Source: Microcoleus sp. (GTDB lineage: Bacteria > Cyanobacteriota > Cyanobacteriia > Cyanobacteriales > Microcoleaceae). From it: DNA of 64,000 bases. The notes under the pieces were generated by a model. It made no database searches, had not been told where the DNA came from, and was given only the letters and a program-made list of their open reading frames with translations. Each line of letters starts with the position of its first letter. Position 1 is the stretch's first letter. The translations under genes and the position numbers were made by a program. The DNA lies in assembly GCA_042408215.1 (NCBI GenBank), contig JAYFMW010000017.1, forward strand, positions 672,001-736,000. The letters run 5' to 3'. Below, one piece after another: positions 1 through 12,456 of this stretch.

Positions 1-556
1 GTCGGGGGACTGACACCTTGATCGGAGCCAATCGCACCGCCGATATTTGGGACTGATATCTGTGTAATTTACGCTTTTTGTGATGGAGTTGAAACCGTAA
101 ATTCTGCCAAGACGTTTGGCGAGATTTGAGAGAGCAGGATAAGGGAAAAACACACCCTTTTTTACGATCGCGCCAATTCTTGAGAGCGTAAAATTTCCGA
201 GCATTCTTAAGTTTACGTTCGGCTTTCTTCAACCAATCGGCACAGGAGTTGGCTTTACCTTCTAAGGTTTTGATATGTAAAATCCGACATTCTTTTGTAC
301 TATCAACAGCACCCTTGGCGGCTGAGATAATGCCGTAGGCGTGTCGAGCGCTAATCCCGTAATTGTCTTGTAAATGAGTCCGCCATTTAGATTTATTAAA
401 GTCAACACCTGAGAGGATAAAGTTCACCGTTTCACATACTGCATTGTGGAAAATTGGGGTATAAGCACTCAAAAACATTTCGAGCTGAGTTTGGCCCAGT
501 GGGTTTAACTCATCTATTGGTGTCGGAAGTGCTTTGCAGTATGTCAGAGTAGTCAT
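1..556 (-). CDS. TnpB-related IS accessory protein, N-terminal part (runs off the window edge)
   Basis: Open frame from ATG at 556 (MTTLTYCKALPTPIDELNPLGQTQLEMFLSAY...) to position 1; resembles N-termini of cyanobacterial IS200/IS605 TnpB-related proteins; RuvC part is outside the window. Confidence 0.6.
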   Translation of the reverse strand, partial: MTTLTYCKALPTPIDELNPLGQTQLEMFLSAYTPIFHNAVCETVNFILSGVDFNKSKWRTHLQDNYGISARHAYGIISAAKGAVDSTKECRILHIKTLEGKANSCADWLKKAERKLKNARKFYALKNWRDRKKGCVFPLSCSLKSRQTSWQNLRFQLHHKKRKLHRYQSQISAVRLAPIKVSVPR

Positions 557-696
557 CGGTATAAATTCGCTCTGGTTATGGACTATTGTCACACTTTGAC
601 GTGACGAATGTCAATTTTACGGGATTTTCACGGATTGTCGGGAAAATATTTGTCCTGGCAATTACACCTTAGCGATCGGAGAAATGGTTTCAATCC

Positions 697-999
697 ATGA
701 TCTGAGGCTAACTCGCGGAATTTTTCCCAATCGGTAATTTTATGACCATTACCGGACACCCGCCCAAGCAATGCTAGAAAGTCCCCTGTTTGGGCTTGTC
801 GCTTCAGCCATAGCCCGATCGTTTTGCGAATGATGTCGAACAATATACTCGCTTCCATAATCTTTAAGCCATCTAGTTGGATAGCTTGAATGACTTTCTG
901 ATGTAGGTCGTAGCTGTATGGTTGGGCCATGACCTGCGATCGCCCCGCAACCAAGAAGATTATTCTCAGTTTACGCCATAATCGCCTTGGCGGTTGCTA
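697..999 (-). mobile_element. IS630-family fragment (left end plus partial OrfA HTH)
   Basis: TA followed by TAGCAACCGCCAAGGCG end; ORF 628-954 MAQPYSYDLHQKVIQAIQ; near-identical to 38318-38622; homology stops at about 695. Confidence 0.85.
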
Positions 1000-1034
1000 T
1001 ATTGTCTGTGCATCGAGGATTGTCTGAGGCCTCC

Positions 1035-1137
1035 TATCGTTTACGGTTGCATCGGAATGATTTAACCGCAGAGAGCGCAGAGGGCACAGAGGAAGAGCAG
1101 AGAGAGATGAATAATTCCGATACTAACGGATTTGATA
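1035..1137. mobile_element. 103-bp MITE with TATC...GATA ends
   Basis: Imperfect terminal inverted repeats; inverted copy of the same length at 38712-38814; partial relatives near 24820, 31850 and 52560. Confidence 0.75.
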
Positions 1138-3978
1138 TCAATTGCAAATAGGTGGCACCGCCCCTGGGCTGTAAGGCACAACTAATGGCGCATTCGCAAC
1201 CAATTCTACTTCACCTTTAGGATTAATTATCCAGCCTTGAGCCTCCACAAGAGGCTCAGCCTCCACATCATTATTCTCACTACCCCGACTGACTCTCTCC
1301 CTGGGTGTTGGTGGCAAACCGCCCCGCCCGGTAATTACAAACCGACTTGCTCTTGGCCCGCTATTTTGACAGGCTTGTGTTGGCTGTGGCGGCACTCCGG
1401 GGGTTACTGGCAGATTTAATCCTTGTACGGGGTCAATATCGGGAGTTCTGAGTTCGACATTGCCGTTAATTCCTAATTCTGAACTGGCGTCGATATCGCT
1501 GTCAAAAGAGCGAAAAATACCTTGGGTATTAATTACAATATTTCCGCCTCGGCCTCGGATCGCATTGGCGCGGATGTCGCTATTTTCTAAAGCAGTTACA
1601 GTCCCAGCTTCGATATTAATATTGCCGCCTGTCGCAGTCCCTGAAGCATTAGTCGTAATTTGACTGTTGTGGCGCATTTGCAAATTTCTAGTTTGCAAAG
1701 TGATATTGCCGAAATTTCCGGCTTGAGTTGTGGCTGCGATTGTGCCATTATTTAAATGAATTGAATCAGCAGCAATTCTCAAGTTTCCAGCAGATCCTTG
1801 GCCGTCCGCACTGACAGTAACTTTGGCTCCATCTCGGATAATTAACTGTCCGGTTTTAACATTTAAATTGCCGCCCGCACCGGTAGAATCTTTCCCCGTA
1901 CTGGCAAATAGTCCGCTAGCGGCACCTTCATTGTTACCGACGATGTTGGTATTGAATAGCAAGGCTCGATCGCTGAAATTGCGATCGCTGCCATAAATCG
2001 CAATTTTGTCAGCAGCATTGACGGTCAAATTACCAGCTTGACCGCTGCTGCGAGTTGTGGCGATCGCCTGTCCGCCCCCAGCAGCCTCAAAAATATTAGC
2101 ATTAATCGTGATGTTTCCCCCATCATATTCGTTCAGGGTTTGAGAGTTAACAACCGCTCCATTGGAAACTCGAAAAATATTAGTATTAACTGTAATATCC
2201 CCACCTCTACCACCCGCCCCTGGTTGTGTTGGAGCTAGTAAAGCGCTAGATGAATTATCGGAACCTACCCCATCAACTGTCACGAAATCAGCAGCATTCA
2301 CTGTGATATTTCCAGCTCGTCCCTGCCCTTCTGTTCTGGTAACAATAACACCACCATTGGCAATTGATAGCGATCGAGTTGTGACGCGAATATTTCCGCC
2401 TTCACCAACTCCTGTTCTTTTGACGCTGCTGAACAAACCGCTGGATTGTCCAATTCCCAAAGCCGGTGTTATCGGGCCAGTGCCATCTAAGGTAATGCTG
2501 TCGCGGACGCTAACAGTTACATTGCCAGCATTGCCTTCGCCTGCCGTGCTGGCGGTTATGACAGCACCGTTAGTGACAGAAAGCGACCCAGCCGTAATAT
2601 TAATGCTCCCTCCCTCACCAGTGCTCGTATATTCTTCTACTCTGCTGTAGACACCGCTGGAAAAGACCTCGGCATTGCGACTCGTGCCGTCAAAAATCGC
2701 TGTATCGCGGACGTTAATGTTGACGCTGCCCACATTCCCCCGCCCGATCGTACTCGCTTGCAGAACAGCGCCGTTAGTTACAGAAAGTGAGCCTGCTGTG
2801 AGATTGACGTTGCCGCCTTGACCTGTAGCTGGGCTTTCAACCAGGCTGTATGCACCGCTGGAGGTTTTTTCCACTCCATCAAAGGAGGCTGTATTGCTAA
2901 CGTTAATATTGACGCTGCCGGCATCTCCGCGCCCGTAAGTCCCGGCGTATATTTGACCGCCGCTGGTGACAGAAAGCGAGTTTGCTGTGAGGTTGACATC
3001 GCCGCCGGTGCCTGTAGCGTTTGTCAGCAGTGCATTAGAAATAAATGTGCCTTCACCGTCGATCGCGATCGCCCCCGTCGCATTAATATCAATATTCCCC
3101 GCCAAGGCATCAGTCGTACCGGATGTTGCCGCTATCCCCGCCCGCAGTTTACTTCCTTCGGAAAGATTCAAGTTCTGAGCGCTGACAACAATATTCCCGC
3201 CACCTCCGGCGCGTACATTCACGTCAGCGCTGTTTGTGAGAGATACATCGACTCTGGCTATTTGCGCCGGAACATTTAAACTCACATTGTTACCGAAGGC
3301 GTTCAGCCCGACAGTTTCCCCTCCCGCAACGGCTGCGAGCTCTACTCGGCCGCCCGGTGCCAGGATTTTTCCGCCGTCCAATCTCACATCGCCGCCCGCA
3401 AGTATCAAACTGTCGCCCGATCGCACCTGCAATCCATCAGTCGATCGATTTACTATACTTCCAGGATTCAGTCCGTACTGCAATCCCAGAGGAACGCTAA
3501 CTATTAGCAAAGGCGTATTTTGTCCCGAAACATTCGCCGAGAAATCCCAGCCATTTCCAAACTGCACAGCACTCGCCGTAGTCGCCACAAACGAACCGCC
3601 GATATTTAATGAAGCATTCGGCCCAAAAATAATCCCGTTCGGATTGAGCAAAAATAAATTTGCAGTACCGTTAGCTTTTATCGCACCGTCAATATTAGAA
3701 ATCGAGCCTCCCGTAACGCGGCTGAAAATATTTTGAATATCTGTAGAATTGTTGAAAAACGCTGTTTCTCCTCTCAGAAGTGAAAATTCTCGAAAACTGT
3801 GAAAGAGATTGCTACCGGCTTGCGTTCCGCCCTGTATAAAGTTATTACTGTCGTTGACAATTACCGTCGTATTGACTGGTAGAGTCGCATCCGGGACAAT
3901 TTCTGCGTTGCTGGGGGCGATCGCACTGAGGCTAAAAAAGATCGTACCGAGCCAGAAATTGCAAGTTTTTAGTTTCAT
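1138..3978 (-). CDS. Filamentous haemagglutinin / two-partner-secretion domain exoprotein
   Basis: Signal-peptide-like N-terminus, NLFHSF and NPNGIIFG TPS motifs, Gly/Asn-rich repeats, C-terminal FVITGRGGLPP...VEAQGW. Confidence 0.9.
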   Translation of the reverse strand: MKLKTCNFWLGTIFFSLSAIAPSNAEIVPDATLPVNTTVIVNDSNNFIQGGTQAGSNLFHSFREFSLLRGETAFFNNSTDIQNIFSRVTGGSISNIDGAIKANGTANLFLLNPNGIIFGPNASLNIGGSFVATTASAVQFGNGWDFSANVSGQNTPLLIVSVPLGLQYGLNPGSIVNRSTDGLQVRSGDSLILAGGDVRLDGGKILAPGGRVELAAVAGGETVGLNAFGNNVSLNVPAQIARVDVSLTNSADVNVRAGGGGNIVVSAQNLNLSEGSKLRAGIAATSGTTDALAGNIDINATGAIAIDGEGTFISNALLTNATGTGGDVNLTANSLSVTSGGQIYAGTYGRGDAGSVNINVSNTASFDGVEKTSSGAYSLVESPATGQGGNVNLTAGSLSVTNGAVLQASTIGRGNVGSVNINVRDTAIFDGTSRNAEVFSSGVYSRVEEYTSTGEGGSINITAGSLSVTNGAVITASTAGEGNAGNVTVSVRDSITLDGTGPITPALGIGQSSGLFSSVKRTGVGEGGNIRVTTRSLSIANGGVIVTRTEGQGRAGNITVNAADFVTVDGVGSDNSSSALLAPTQPGAGGRGGDITVNTNIFRVSNGAVVNSQTLNEYDGGNITINANIFEAAGGGQAIATTRSSGQAGNLTVNAADKIAIYGSDRNFSDRALLFNTNIVGNNEGAASGLFASTGKDSTGAGGNLNVKTGQLIIRDGAKVTVSADGQGSAGNLRIAADSIHLNNGTIAATTQAGNFGNITLQTRNLQMRHNSQITTNASGTATGGNINIEAGTVTALENSDIRANAIRGRGGNIVINTQGIFRSFDSDIDASSELGINGNVELRTPDIDPVQGLNLPVTPGVPPQPTQACQNSGPRASRFVITGRGGLPPTPRERVSRGSENNDVEAEPLVEAQGWIINPKGEVELVANAPLVVPYSPGAVPPICN

Positions 3979-4139
3979 TAATTAACTAATTTTAATTTTT
4001 TGATTAACCTCCGATTATACCATTGGGTGTATTAATTTTACATATTTTTACTGAATTTTAAAATTAGGTTTTTTTAAACGAACCGCGAAGACGCGAAGGA
4101 CACGAAGGAAGAGAAGATAAATTGTATTAAAACGTGATG

Positions 4140-4709
4140 TTATTCTTGAGTTTCTGCTTCTGTAAAAATTGGTGGCCAGAGTTCAGAAATTGGCAATTCC
4201 CAACCAGGAAAAAGTTCGGGGAGTGTCAAAATATCTTCATTTCCCAACACAATCGGTTCGCCTGTCTGACGGTAAACTGTAACAGTTTCTTCATCCGGGT
4301 CGATCGTAATTCCCACTTGCGATCCGAGTTCTAGAAATTTATGAATCTTTTTTTCGAGCGGCTTTATGCGATCGCACTGTGATTTAATTTCTACTACCAA
4401 GTCTGGGACTAATTCTCCGAAATAACGCGGACTTTTCCTGAGACGTGCGGCCCGAACAAAAGAAACATCAGGTGCGGTAAGATTAGCATCAGGTAAAATA
4501 AAGCCGCCTGCGGAGTCAAAGATTCTTCCCAAGCGACGGGGATTCACCCAAACGAAGAGAAAGGCACTCAAGCGAATGCCTATTTCGCTAGATACAATAT
4601 CTGACGGGCCCATTATTACAATTCTCCCACTTTCTAGTTCAACTTGGTAATCTTGACCGGCTTCTTGGAAAGTTTTTTGGACTTTTTCTAAGTCTTTGAG
4701 TGTCATCAT
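4140..4709 (-). CDS. Uma2 family (PD-(D/E)XK) endonuclease
   Basis: APDVSFV and PDLVVEIKS motifs, 189 aa. Confidence 0.9.
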   Translation of the reverse strand: MMTLKDLEKVQKTFQEAGQDYQVELESGRIVIMGPSDIVSSEIGIRLSAFLFVWVNPRRLGRIFDSAGGFILPDANLTAPDVSFVRAARLRKSPRYFGELVPDLVVEIKSQCDRIKPLEKKIHKFLELGSQVGITIDPDEETVTVYRQTGEPIVLGNEDILTLPELFPGWELPISELWPPIFTEAETQE

Positions 4710-4732
4710 ATTGGTTATTCCTTAATTTGTCA

Positions 4733-4793
4733 GGTGCGTCAGTCTTTAGCATATTCACAATTAGCAGAATTATCTGCAACTGACGCACCCTAC
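4733..4793. repeat. REP-like inverted pair
   Basis: GGTGCGTCAGT...ACTGACGCACCCTAC; related sequence near 40248. Confidence 0.6.
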
Positions 4794-4800
4794 TGTTTGG

Positions 4801-5130
4801 TTATTCCCTGGCTGAAAAAGAATTGCCGCAGCTACAACTTTTAGCCGCATTAGGATTGTGAAATCGGAAACCTCCGCCCATCAAGTCCTCTGAATAGTCC
4901 AAGGTGAGCTCGTTGAGATATTTTAAGTGCTGGGGGTCGATCGCGATTTGGATGCCCTCAGACTCGCAAACAGTGGCTGATGGGGCGATCGCATCTTCAA
5001 AACCCATTGTATAGGACAAACCGGAGCAGCCGCTCGATTCCACGCCCAGGCGCAATAAAGCATTGGGGTTTGGATGCTTCGACTTGAGACGGGTTACTTC
5101 CAGGGCTGCGGTTTTACTCAGATGAATCAT
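4801..5130 (-). CDS. iscA: Fe-S cluster assembly accessory protein (HesB/IscA family)
   Basis: GCSGLSY and NPNAAKSCSCGNSF motifs. Confidence 0.88.
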   Translation of the reverse strand: MIHLSKTAALEVTRLKSKHPNPNALLRLGVESSGCSGLSYTMGFEDAIAPSATVCESEGIQIAIDPQHLKYLNELTLDYSEDLMGGGFRFHNPNAAKSCSCGNSFSARE

Positions 5131-5134
5131 TAAT

Positions 5135-5440
5135 TTGGGAATTGGGAATTGGGAATTGGGAATGGGGAATTGGGAATGGGAATGGGAATGGGGAATGGGG
5201 AATGGGGAATGGGGAATGGGGAATGGGGATGGGGAATGGGGAATGGGGAATGGGGAATGGGGAATTGGGAATGGGGAATGGGGAATGGGGAATGGGGAAT
5301 GGGGAATGGGGAATGGGGAATGGGGAATGGGGAATGGGGAATTAGTTATTAGTTGTGGCTTATTACTAATTGTTTATTGCTTACTTGTTGGTGCCAATAC
5401 CCTATGCCCTATGCCCTATGCCCTATGCCCTATGCCCTAG
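5135..5440. repeat. STRR heptamer tracts (GGGAATG/GGGAATT, then TGCCCTA)
   Basis: Direct tandem 7-mers at 5135-5344 and 5399-5440. Confidence 0.95.
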
Positions 5441-5461
5441 GCCCAATTACCAGTTTATCGG

Positions 5462-5884
5462 TTATTTAGCCTTCGATTCAGTCCGGGCATAATCGTCTTG
5501 AAAACGTACAATATCGTCTTCTCCGAGATATTCGCCATTCTGCACCTCAATTAAAATCAGCGGGATGACTCCCGGATTTTCCAGACGGTGATTGATGCAC
5601 TGAGGAACGTAGGTAGACTGATTTGTAAATAAAACTTCTTCAGTTTCACCGCAAGTAACTTTAGCAGTACCAGAAACTACGATCCAGTGTTCGCTGCGAT
5701 GGTGGTGCATTTGCAGGCTGAGGCGATGTCCGGGCTTAACTTCTATGCGCTTAATTTTATATCCAGGCCCTTCTTCTAGAGTTGTAAAAGAACCCCAAGG
5801 GCGTAATTCTGTGGCGGTAATTCCGTTGATTGCAACAGGTGCGCGCAGAGTAGATGTTTGAGAAATTTCTTGAGTCTGAACCAT
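5462..5884 (-). CDS. Mannose-6-phosphate isomerase type II C-terminal cupin
   Basis: RPWG, LSLQMHHHRSEHW, YLGEDDIVRF. Confidence 0.92.
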   Translation of the reverse strand: MVQTQEISQTSTLRAPVAINGITATELRPWGSFTTLEEGPGYKIKRIEVKPGHRLSLQMHHHRSEHWIVVSGTAKVTCGETEEVLFTNQSTYVPQCINHRLENPGVIPLILIEVQNGEYLGEDDIVRFQDDYARTESKAK

Positions 5885-6147
5885 GTTTTTACTCCTTCAG
5901 GATTGCTTGTTTAAGCCTTTAGTAGACAACGTTGGTTGTTGAGGGTAGCTAATTTGTTGTTAAAATTAAAGCTCACCTGGACGGATGGGGAGCGAACTGT
6001 ACATTTTTGCACTGTCTACTCAGCCCGATCGACTTGCCTTAACAACCATAGCAAAAGCAAGATAGCTGTTGTCACCTGGTATTCGATCGATCCACAAATC
6101 TACATCAACTCTTGATCCCCAAAGGCTGGTTCTTTAAACAAGCTTTA

Positions 6148-7628
6148 GTCAACTACCCAGCATCAAGCGGAGTACCGCTATGATGTGGGCTTGTATCTGA
6201 GCTCCACCGCAATTCCGAAAACCTTTGCAGGATTTGGGCTTTGGTTTCACCGCTCGATACATCAGGGGATGCTGACAAGCTCAAGAGTGCTAGTCCAGTC
6301 TTGCCGAACTAGCAACGCTCTCATTGCAATATTTCGCGCACCAACCAAATCAGCGTGTAACTCATGCCCACAACATTCGCAACGGAATAATAGCCCTTTA
6401 TTCGGTCTATTAGTATCTGAAGTATGTCCACATTTAGGACAACTTTTCGATGTGTAATGAGCTGGAACTTGAGTCGCTAATGAACCATTTAGATTAGCTT
6501 TGTAGTCGATATACCCGTGCAATTCGGCCTAAGACCATTTAGCTTTGTTTCGATTAGCTTTATGTCTCTTCTTGCTTGCCTTCTTGCCCGATTTAGTTCT
6601 AGTCCTGTCCCGTATTCCGGTTAGGTTTTCTAGTCCAATTAGGGTATTGGGTTTCGCAATATCCTTACTGATTTGGTGGTTCACATCAGCGATAAACCGT
6701 CTTTCTCTTCCCGACAGAGCAATTAATCTTCGCTTTGCAGAACGAGTGTCTTTACGCTGAAGAGTTGTCCGTGCCTTGTGATAGCGATTGGCTTTGTATC
6801 TAACTTCCTTGCCTGAATAGAATTTAGAGTTGTTTTGTAAGTCTGTTTCTACGGCAAGATAGCGCATTCCCACGTCAACACCGACAACTCTGGTGATTTT
6901 CAATGGATTGATTTCAGGCGTTTCCACTTCGACACTTACCATCAGATAGTAGGTCTTGGAGGAACGCTGATAGACAATTTTGGCCGCTCCAATCCTTGCA
7001 CCATTAGCAATTAAATCTAAATGCTTGTTATAGCCATCATACGGGACTACTATTCGACCTTGTAGGGTGATGATACTCACCTGTTGCTCGGTCTTAAAAG
7101 AGTAGTCACGCTGATAGTTTAAGGTGCAAGTCCGAGAGATCTACTTAGGGGCTTTGTCCAGCCCCTTGTACCGCCTTTTGGTGTAGCCTTTGGTAATAGC
7201 GTCGTTAGATTGTTTTACCTTAGTCCAGAGGGTTTTGTAGGTTCCAGACACTTGTCTAGGTACATTACACGCCATCTGCGCTCCAAGTCCAAATCGAATC
7301 CGTAATTCGTTGTAGACAATTTTCTGTAACTTAGCTCCCTTACTGGTTTTGCCCGCATCAAAAGCAATTTGCGAAGTGTAGTTCAAGGCATCACGGTAGG
7401 CTAAAGCAGTCTGAGACACCAAAGCTTTTTGCTCTGCGGTCAGGTTTAGTTTTAGCTTGGCAGTGATTACTTGGGGCATTGGTTAGCTCTACTCTGATGT
7501 TATCGTATCTCGTGAAAACTAATATTGCAATAACGGAAATCAAAGATTTGTTCAGCTCCCCGGCCTCACGCGCATTCCTCCCGTCACTCAAGGTCGTACC
7601 GTTAGAGTGCGGGACTCCTGCTGTCTAG
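6148..7628 (-). mobile_element. Non-autonomous IS200/IS605-family element (tnpB only)
   Basis: Subterminal hairpins at 6148-6192 and about 7575-7628; target motif TCAA on minus strand (7629-7632); no tnpA. Confidence 0.8.
6262..7479 (-). pseudogene. tnpB: TnpB with two in-frame TAG stops
   Basis: ORFs 7141-7479, 6529-7080 and 6262-6522 share one frame; GVDVG, LENL, CPKC...CECC and ADLVGA motifs; stops at 7141-7143 and 6529-6531. Confidence 0.88.
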
Positions 7629-7831
7629 TTGAAGGGGCATAGGGCTAAGGCCTAGGGCTAGGGCTGGGGCTAAAATCGGCATAAGGACTAATGATGACTG
7701 AGAATTTTCTTAAGACCTGAAACCTACAAGCTTAACTCACTACAAAATATAATACGTGATACTAGATCGATCGGCCTCCCATCCTCTACTCTAGATCAAC
7801 ATCTTTTCCCCACTTTGAGAGACACATCAAA

Positions 7832-10800
7832 ATGAACAACAACGGACTGCCACCAAAGCAAGGCCTGTACGATCCGCAGTTCGAGCACGACGCTTGCGGA
7901 GTCGGATTTATTGTACAGGTCAAGGGTAACAAATCCCACGAAATTGTCGAACAGGGACTGACAATCCTGTTAAACCTCGACCACCGGGGCGCCTGTGGCT
8001 GCGAACCCAACACCGGAGACGGCGCGGGGATTTTGATGCAAGTACCCCACAAGTTCCTCAAGAAAGCAGCAGCAGCCCAAAATATCGAACTTCCCGAAGC
8101 CGGCGAGTACGGTGTCGGTGCAATTTACTCATCGCGCGATCGAACTCAACGCGAAAACGGCAAACGCATCTTTGCAGAAATCGCCGCCGAAGAAAGCTGT
8201 CCCGTGCTAGGTTGGCGCGATGTCCCCACAGATAACTCATCCCTGGGCGATACCGCCAAAGCTAGCGAACCCTTCATGCAGCAAGTGTTCGTCAGCCGCG
8301 CCGCAGGTATGGACGAGGCGGCTTTCGAGCGGAAACTCTACGTCATCCGCAAACGGGCTCACAATGCCATCCGCAGGACGAAGGTAGACCCATACTGGTA
8401 TAATTCCACACTTTCCTGCCGGACGATCGTCTATAAGGGAATGCTGATGCCGGTGCAAGTGGGAGATTACTATCCCGAACTGCACGACCCCGACATGGAA
8501 AGCGCTCTAGCTCTTGTCCACTCGCGCTTCAGCACCAATACTTTTCCGAGTTGGGAACGATCGCACCCTTACCGCTACATCGCCCACAACGGCGAAATTA
8601 ACACCATGCGCGGCAACATCAACTGGATGCACGCGCGGCAATCGATGTTCGAGTCGGAACTATTCGGCGATGATTTAAAGAAAATCCCGAATTTAATCAA
8701 CATCGAAGGTAGCGACTCGACTATCTTTGATAATGCTCTGGAATTGCTGACTTTGGCTGGGCGTTCTTTACCGCACGCGGTGATGATGATGATTCCCGAA
8801 CCTTGGACAGCCCACGAGTCGATGAGTGACGAGAAAAAAGCTTTCTACGAATACCATTCGTGCTTGATGGAACCTTGGGATGGGCCGGCTTCCATCGCCT
8901 TTACCGATGGTACTTCGATCGGGGCTGTACTCGATCGCAACGGTTTGCGCCCTTCCCGCTACTGCGTCACCAAAGACGACATAGTAATCATGGCATCAGA
9001 AGCCGGAGTTTTGCCGATCGCCCCAGAACGAATTGCATCCAAAGGCCGCCTACAACCGGGCCGGATGTTCCTAGTAAATACAGCAGAAGGCCGCATCGTT
9101 TCTGACGAAGAAATCAAACATCAAATCGCCTCCGAACACCCGTATCGCGAGTGGATTGACAAGCACATGGTAGAGATTGCCAAGCTACCAGATGCTACCC
9201 AATTGGTAGAGTCAGACCCCGAAACATTATTGCAGCGGCAAATGGCCTTCGGATACACCTTTGAAGAACTGCGGTTGCTGTTGGCACCGATGGCACGCGA
9301 CGGGGTGGAAGCTGTCGGCGCAATGGGCGCGGATACGCCACTGGCGGTGCTTTCCAATCGACCCAAGCTGCTTTATGAATACTTCCAGCAACTGTTTGCT
9401 CAAGTTACGAATCCGCCGATCGATTCGATCCGAGAAGAGATTGTCACTTCCGCTGAAACTACGATCGGCGCTGAACGCAATTTGCTCAAACCGGAACCAG
9501 AAAGCTGTCACTTGATTGAGTTGAAAACACCAATTCTCAGCAATGAAGAACTGGCTAAACTCAAACAGGTTTCCGAGGGCAATTTCAAGTCTGTTACCAT
9601 AGGGATTTTGTTTGACCCCAAAACAGGAGTAAAAGGTCTTGAACAGGCGTTAGAAGATGTTTTTGATGCAGCCGATAGCGCGATCGCCTCTGGGGTGAAT
9701 ATCCTGATTTTGAGCGATCGGGGAATCAATGCAGACCAAGCTCCGATTCCGGCACTGCTAGCAGTTGCAGGGCTGCACCACCACTTGATTCGCCAAGGTA
9801 CGCGGACGCGGGCCGGACTGGTGCTCGAATCCGGGGAACCGAGGGAAGTTCACCACTTTGCGACTTTAATCGGCTACGGTTGCGGTGCGATCAATCCGTA
9901 TTTGGCCTTTGAGACGATCGCCGATTCGATCCGCCAAGGTTTGCTGGTAAATGTTGATACCAAAACAGCTTGCAAAAATTACGTGAAAGCCGCCAGCAAA
10001 GGTGTCACCAAAGTTGCCTCGAAAATTGGGATTTCCACCATTCAAAGTTACCGTGGCGCGCAAATTTTTGAGGCGATCGGCTTAAACAAATCTGTAGTCA
10101 ATAAATACTTCACCTGGACAGCATCGCGGATTGAAGGAGTAGACCTCGAAGTCATCGCCCAAGAAGCTATTTTACGCCATACCCACGCATTCCCCGATCG
10201 CCCATCCAGCGGACACACCCTCGATGTCGGTGGCGAATATCAATGGCGCAAGGAAGGCGAGGCTCACTTGTTCAGCCCGCAAACCATCCACGCCCTGCAA
10301 CAAGCAGTGCGCGAAGGAAGTTATCCGCTTTTTAAACAGTATTCCGGGCTGGTTAACGAACAAAATCAACAGCATTTTACCCTGCGCGGTTTGCTGGAAT
10401 TCAAGCAGCGGGAATCGATTCCCATTGAGGAAGTTGAACCGGTTGAATCTATTCTCAAACGCTTCAAAACTGGGGCGATGAGTTACGGTTCGATTTCCCA
10501 AGAAGCCCACGAATCTCTAGCCGTAGCGATGAACCGCATTGGTGGTAAATCGAACACTGGTGAAGGTGGCGAAGATCCCGATCGCTATACTTGGACAAAC
10601 GATCGCGGTGACTCGAAAAACAGTGCGATCAAACAAGTTGCTTCCGGTCGTTTTGGCGTCACCAGCTTGTACTTGTCTCAGGCGCGGGAACTACAAATCA
10701 AGATGGCGCAAGGGGCGAAACCCGGAGAAGGCGGACAGTTACCCGGTAAAAAAGTATACCCGTGGATTGCCAAGGTACGGCACTCGACACCTGGTGTGGG

Positions 10801-12418
10801 TTTGATTTCGCCTCCTCCTCACCACGACATTTATTCGATCGAAGATTTGGCTGAATTGATTCACGACTTGAAAAATTCCAACCGGGAAGCGCGGATTAGC
10901 GTCAAACTGGTGTCGGAAGTGGGAGTTGGGACGATCGCGGCTGGGGTTGCGAAAGCCCACGCCGATGTCGTGCTAATTTCCGGCTATGACGGCGGTACCG
11001 GCGCCTCGCCACAAACTTCGATCAAACACGCCGGTTTACCTTGGGAGTTGGGATTGGCGGAAACTCACCAAACCCTGGTTTTGAATAATTTGCGATCGCG
11101 CATTGCTGTTGAAACCGACGGACAACTAAAAACTGGCCGCGATGTAGCAATTGCTGCATTGCTTGGTGCGGAGGAATTCGGTTTTGCGACGGCGCCACTG
11201 GTGACTTTGGGCTGCATTATGATGCGCGTTTGCCATCAAAACACTTGCCCCGTGGGCGTTGCGACGCAAGACCCACTTTTGCGGAAAAACTTCACGGGCG
11301 ATCCGCAACATACGGTAAACTTTATGACCTTTGTGGCTCAGGAAGTCCGGGAAATTATGGCGCAGTTGGGTTTCCGCACCCTGAATGAAATGGTGGGGCG
11401 CACCGATGTTTTGGAAGGGAAACAGGCGGTGGAGCACTGGAAGGCTAAGGGTTTGGATTTCTCGAACATCCTTTACCAGCCGGAAGTTGGGGCGGATGTC
11501 GGGCGCTATTGTCAGATGGCGCAGGATCATGGTTTAGAGAAGTCGATGGATATGACGGTGTTGTTGGATTTGTGCAAAGGTGCGATCGAAAACGGCGAAA
11601 AAGTGCGCGCCAAACTACCGATTACCAACGTCAACCGGGTTGTGGGCACAATTCTCGGTAACGAAATCACCAAACGCCACTGGGAAGGCTTACCCGATGA
11701 CACCGTGCACCTGCACTTCCAAGGTAGCGCTGGACAAAGCTTTGGCGCATTCGTACCCAAGGGAGTCACCCTAGAACTCGAAGGCGAAGCTAACGACTAT
11801 TTGGGCAAAGGCCTCAGCGGTGGCAAAATCGTGCTGTACCCGTCGCCAGTTGCCACCTTTGTCGCAGAAGAAAACGTGATTGTCGGCAACGTAGTGCTTT
11901 ACGGAGCGACATCTGGCGAGGTTTTCATCCGGGGGATGGCGGGCGAACGTTTTGGGGTGCGTAACTCCGGCGTGAATGCGGTAGTTGAGGGTGTCGGCGA
12001 TCACGGTTGCGAGTACATGACTGGTGGCAAAGTTGTGGTTTTGGGTGCCACCGGGCGCAATTTTGCAGCGGGTATGAGTGGCGGTGTTGCTTACATTTTG
12101 GATGAAGCGGGGGATTTTGCAACTCGTTGCAATATGTCGATGGTAGGTTTGGAAAAGTTGGAGGATGCTGAGGAAATTGCAGATTTGCGACAGTTAATTG
12201 AGACTCATTTTGATTTGACTGGAAGTGCGATCGCATCGAAGGTTTTGGCAAATTGGGATGCGATGGTGCCGGTGTTTGTGAAGGTGATGCCGCGGGATTA
12301 TAAGCGGGTGTTGGAGGCCATTGAAAGGGCGATCGCTGCGGGTTTAAGCGGTGATGATGCGCTGACGGCTGCGTTTGAAGAAAATGCTCGCGATGTGGCC
12401 AGGATTGGCGGTAGCTAG
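7832..12418 (+). CDS. gltB: Glutamate synthase large subunit
   Basis: HDACGVGF N-terminal amidotransferase, FMN domain ([10 protein letters not shown]), [13 protein letters not shown] cluster motif. Confidence 0.95.
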   Translation: MNNNGLPPKQGLYDPQFEHDACGVGFIVQVKGNKSHEIVEQGLTILLNLDHRGACGCEPNTGDGAGILMQVPHKFLKKAAAAQNIELPEAGEYGVGAIYSSRDRTQRENGKRIFAEIAAEESCPVLGWRDVPTDNSSLGDTAKASEPFMQQVFVSRAAGMDEAAFERKLYVIRKRAHNAIRRTKVDPYWYNSTLSCRTIVYKGMLMPVQVGDYYPELHDPDMESALALVHSRFSTNTFPSWERSHPYRYIAHNGEINTMRGNINWMHARQSMFESELFGDDLKKIPNLINIEGSDSTIFDNALELLTLAGRSLPHAVMMMIPEPWTAHESMSDEKKAFYEYHSCLMEPWDGPASIAFTDGTSIGAVLDRNGLRPSRYCVTKDDIVIMASEAGVLPIAPERIASKGRLQPGRMFLVNTAEGRIVSDEEIKHQIASEHPYREWIDKHMVEIAKLPDATQLVESDPETLLQRQMAFGYTFEELRLLLAPMARDGVEAVGAMGADTPLAVLSNRPKLLYEYFQQLFAQVTNPPIDSIREEIVTSAETTIGAERNLLKPEPESCHLIELKTPILSNEELAKLKQVSEGNFKSVTIGILFDPKTGVKGLEQALEDVFDAADSAIASGVNILILSDRGINADQAPIPALLAVAGLHHHLIRQGTRTRAGLVLESGEPREVHHFATLIGYGCGAINPYLAFETIADSIRQGLLVNVDTKTACKNYVKAASKGVTKVASKIGISTIQSYRGAQIFEAIGLNKSVVNKYFTWTASRIEGVDLEVIAQEAILRHTHAFPDRPSSGHTLDVGGEYQWRKEGEAHLFSPQTIHALQQAVREGSYPLFKQYSGLVNEQNQQHFTLRGLLEFKQRESIPIEEVEPVESILKRFKTGAMSYGSISQEAHESLAVAMNRIGGKSNTGEGGEDPDRYTWTNDRGDSKNSAIKQVASGRFGVTSLYLSQARELQIKMAQGAKPGEGGQLPGKKVYPWIAKVRHSTPGVGLISPPPHHDIYSIEDLAELIHDLKNSNREARISVKLVSEVGVGTIAAGVAKAHADVVLISGYDGGTGASPQTSIKHAGLPWELGLAETHQTLVLNNLRSRIAVETDGQLKTGRDVAIAALLGAEEFGFATAPLVTLGCIMMRVCHQNTCPVGVATQDPLLRKNFTGDPQHTVNFMTFVAQEVREIMAQLGFRTLNEMVGRTDVLEGKQAVEHWKAKGLDFSNILYQPEVGADVGRYCQMAQDHGLEKSMDMTVLLDLCKGAIENGEKVRAKLPITNVNRVVGTILGNEITKRHWEGLPDDTVHLHFQGSAGQSFGAFVPKGVTLELEGEANDYLGKGLSGGKIVLYPSPVATFVAEENVIVGNVVLYGATSGEVFIRGMAGERFGVRNSGVNAVVEGVGDHGCEYMTGGKVVVLGATGRNFAAGMSGGVAYILDEAGDFATRCNMSMVGLEKLEDAEEIADLRQLIETHFDLTGSAIASKVLANWDAMVPVFVKVMPRDYKRVLEAIERAIAAGLSGDDALTAAFEENARDVARIGGS

Positions 12419-12456
12419 GGTTTAGCATCTAGCCCAAGAAACCCCGCGCCTAGCCA

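Noticed and set aside
615..670. Possible degenerate CRISPR repeats on the minus strand
   Set aside because: Similarity is weak and the spacing (about 18 or 44 nt) does not fit the array
5135..5440. ORFs of MGNGEW repeats (also 43245-43829)
   Set aside because: Translations of STRR heptamers that are open in several frames
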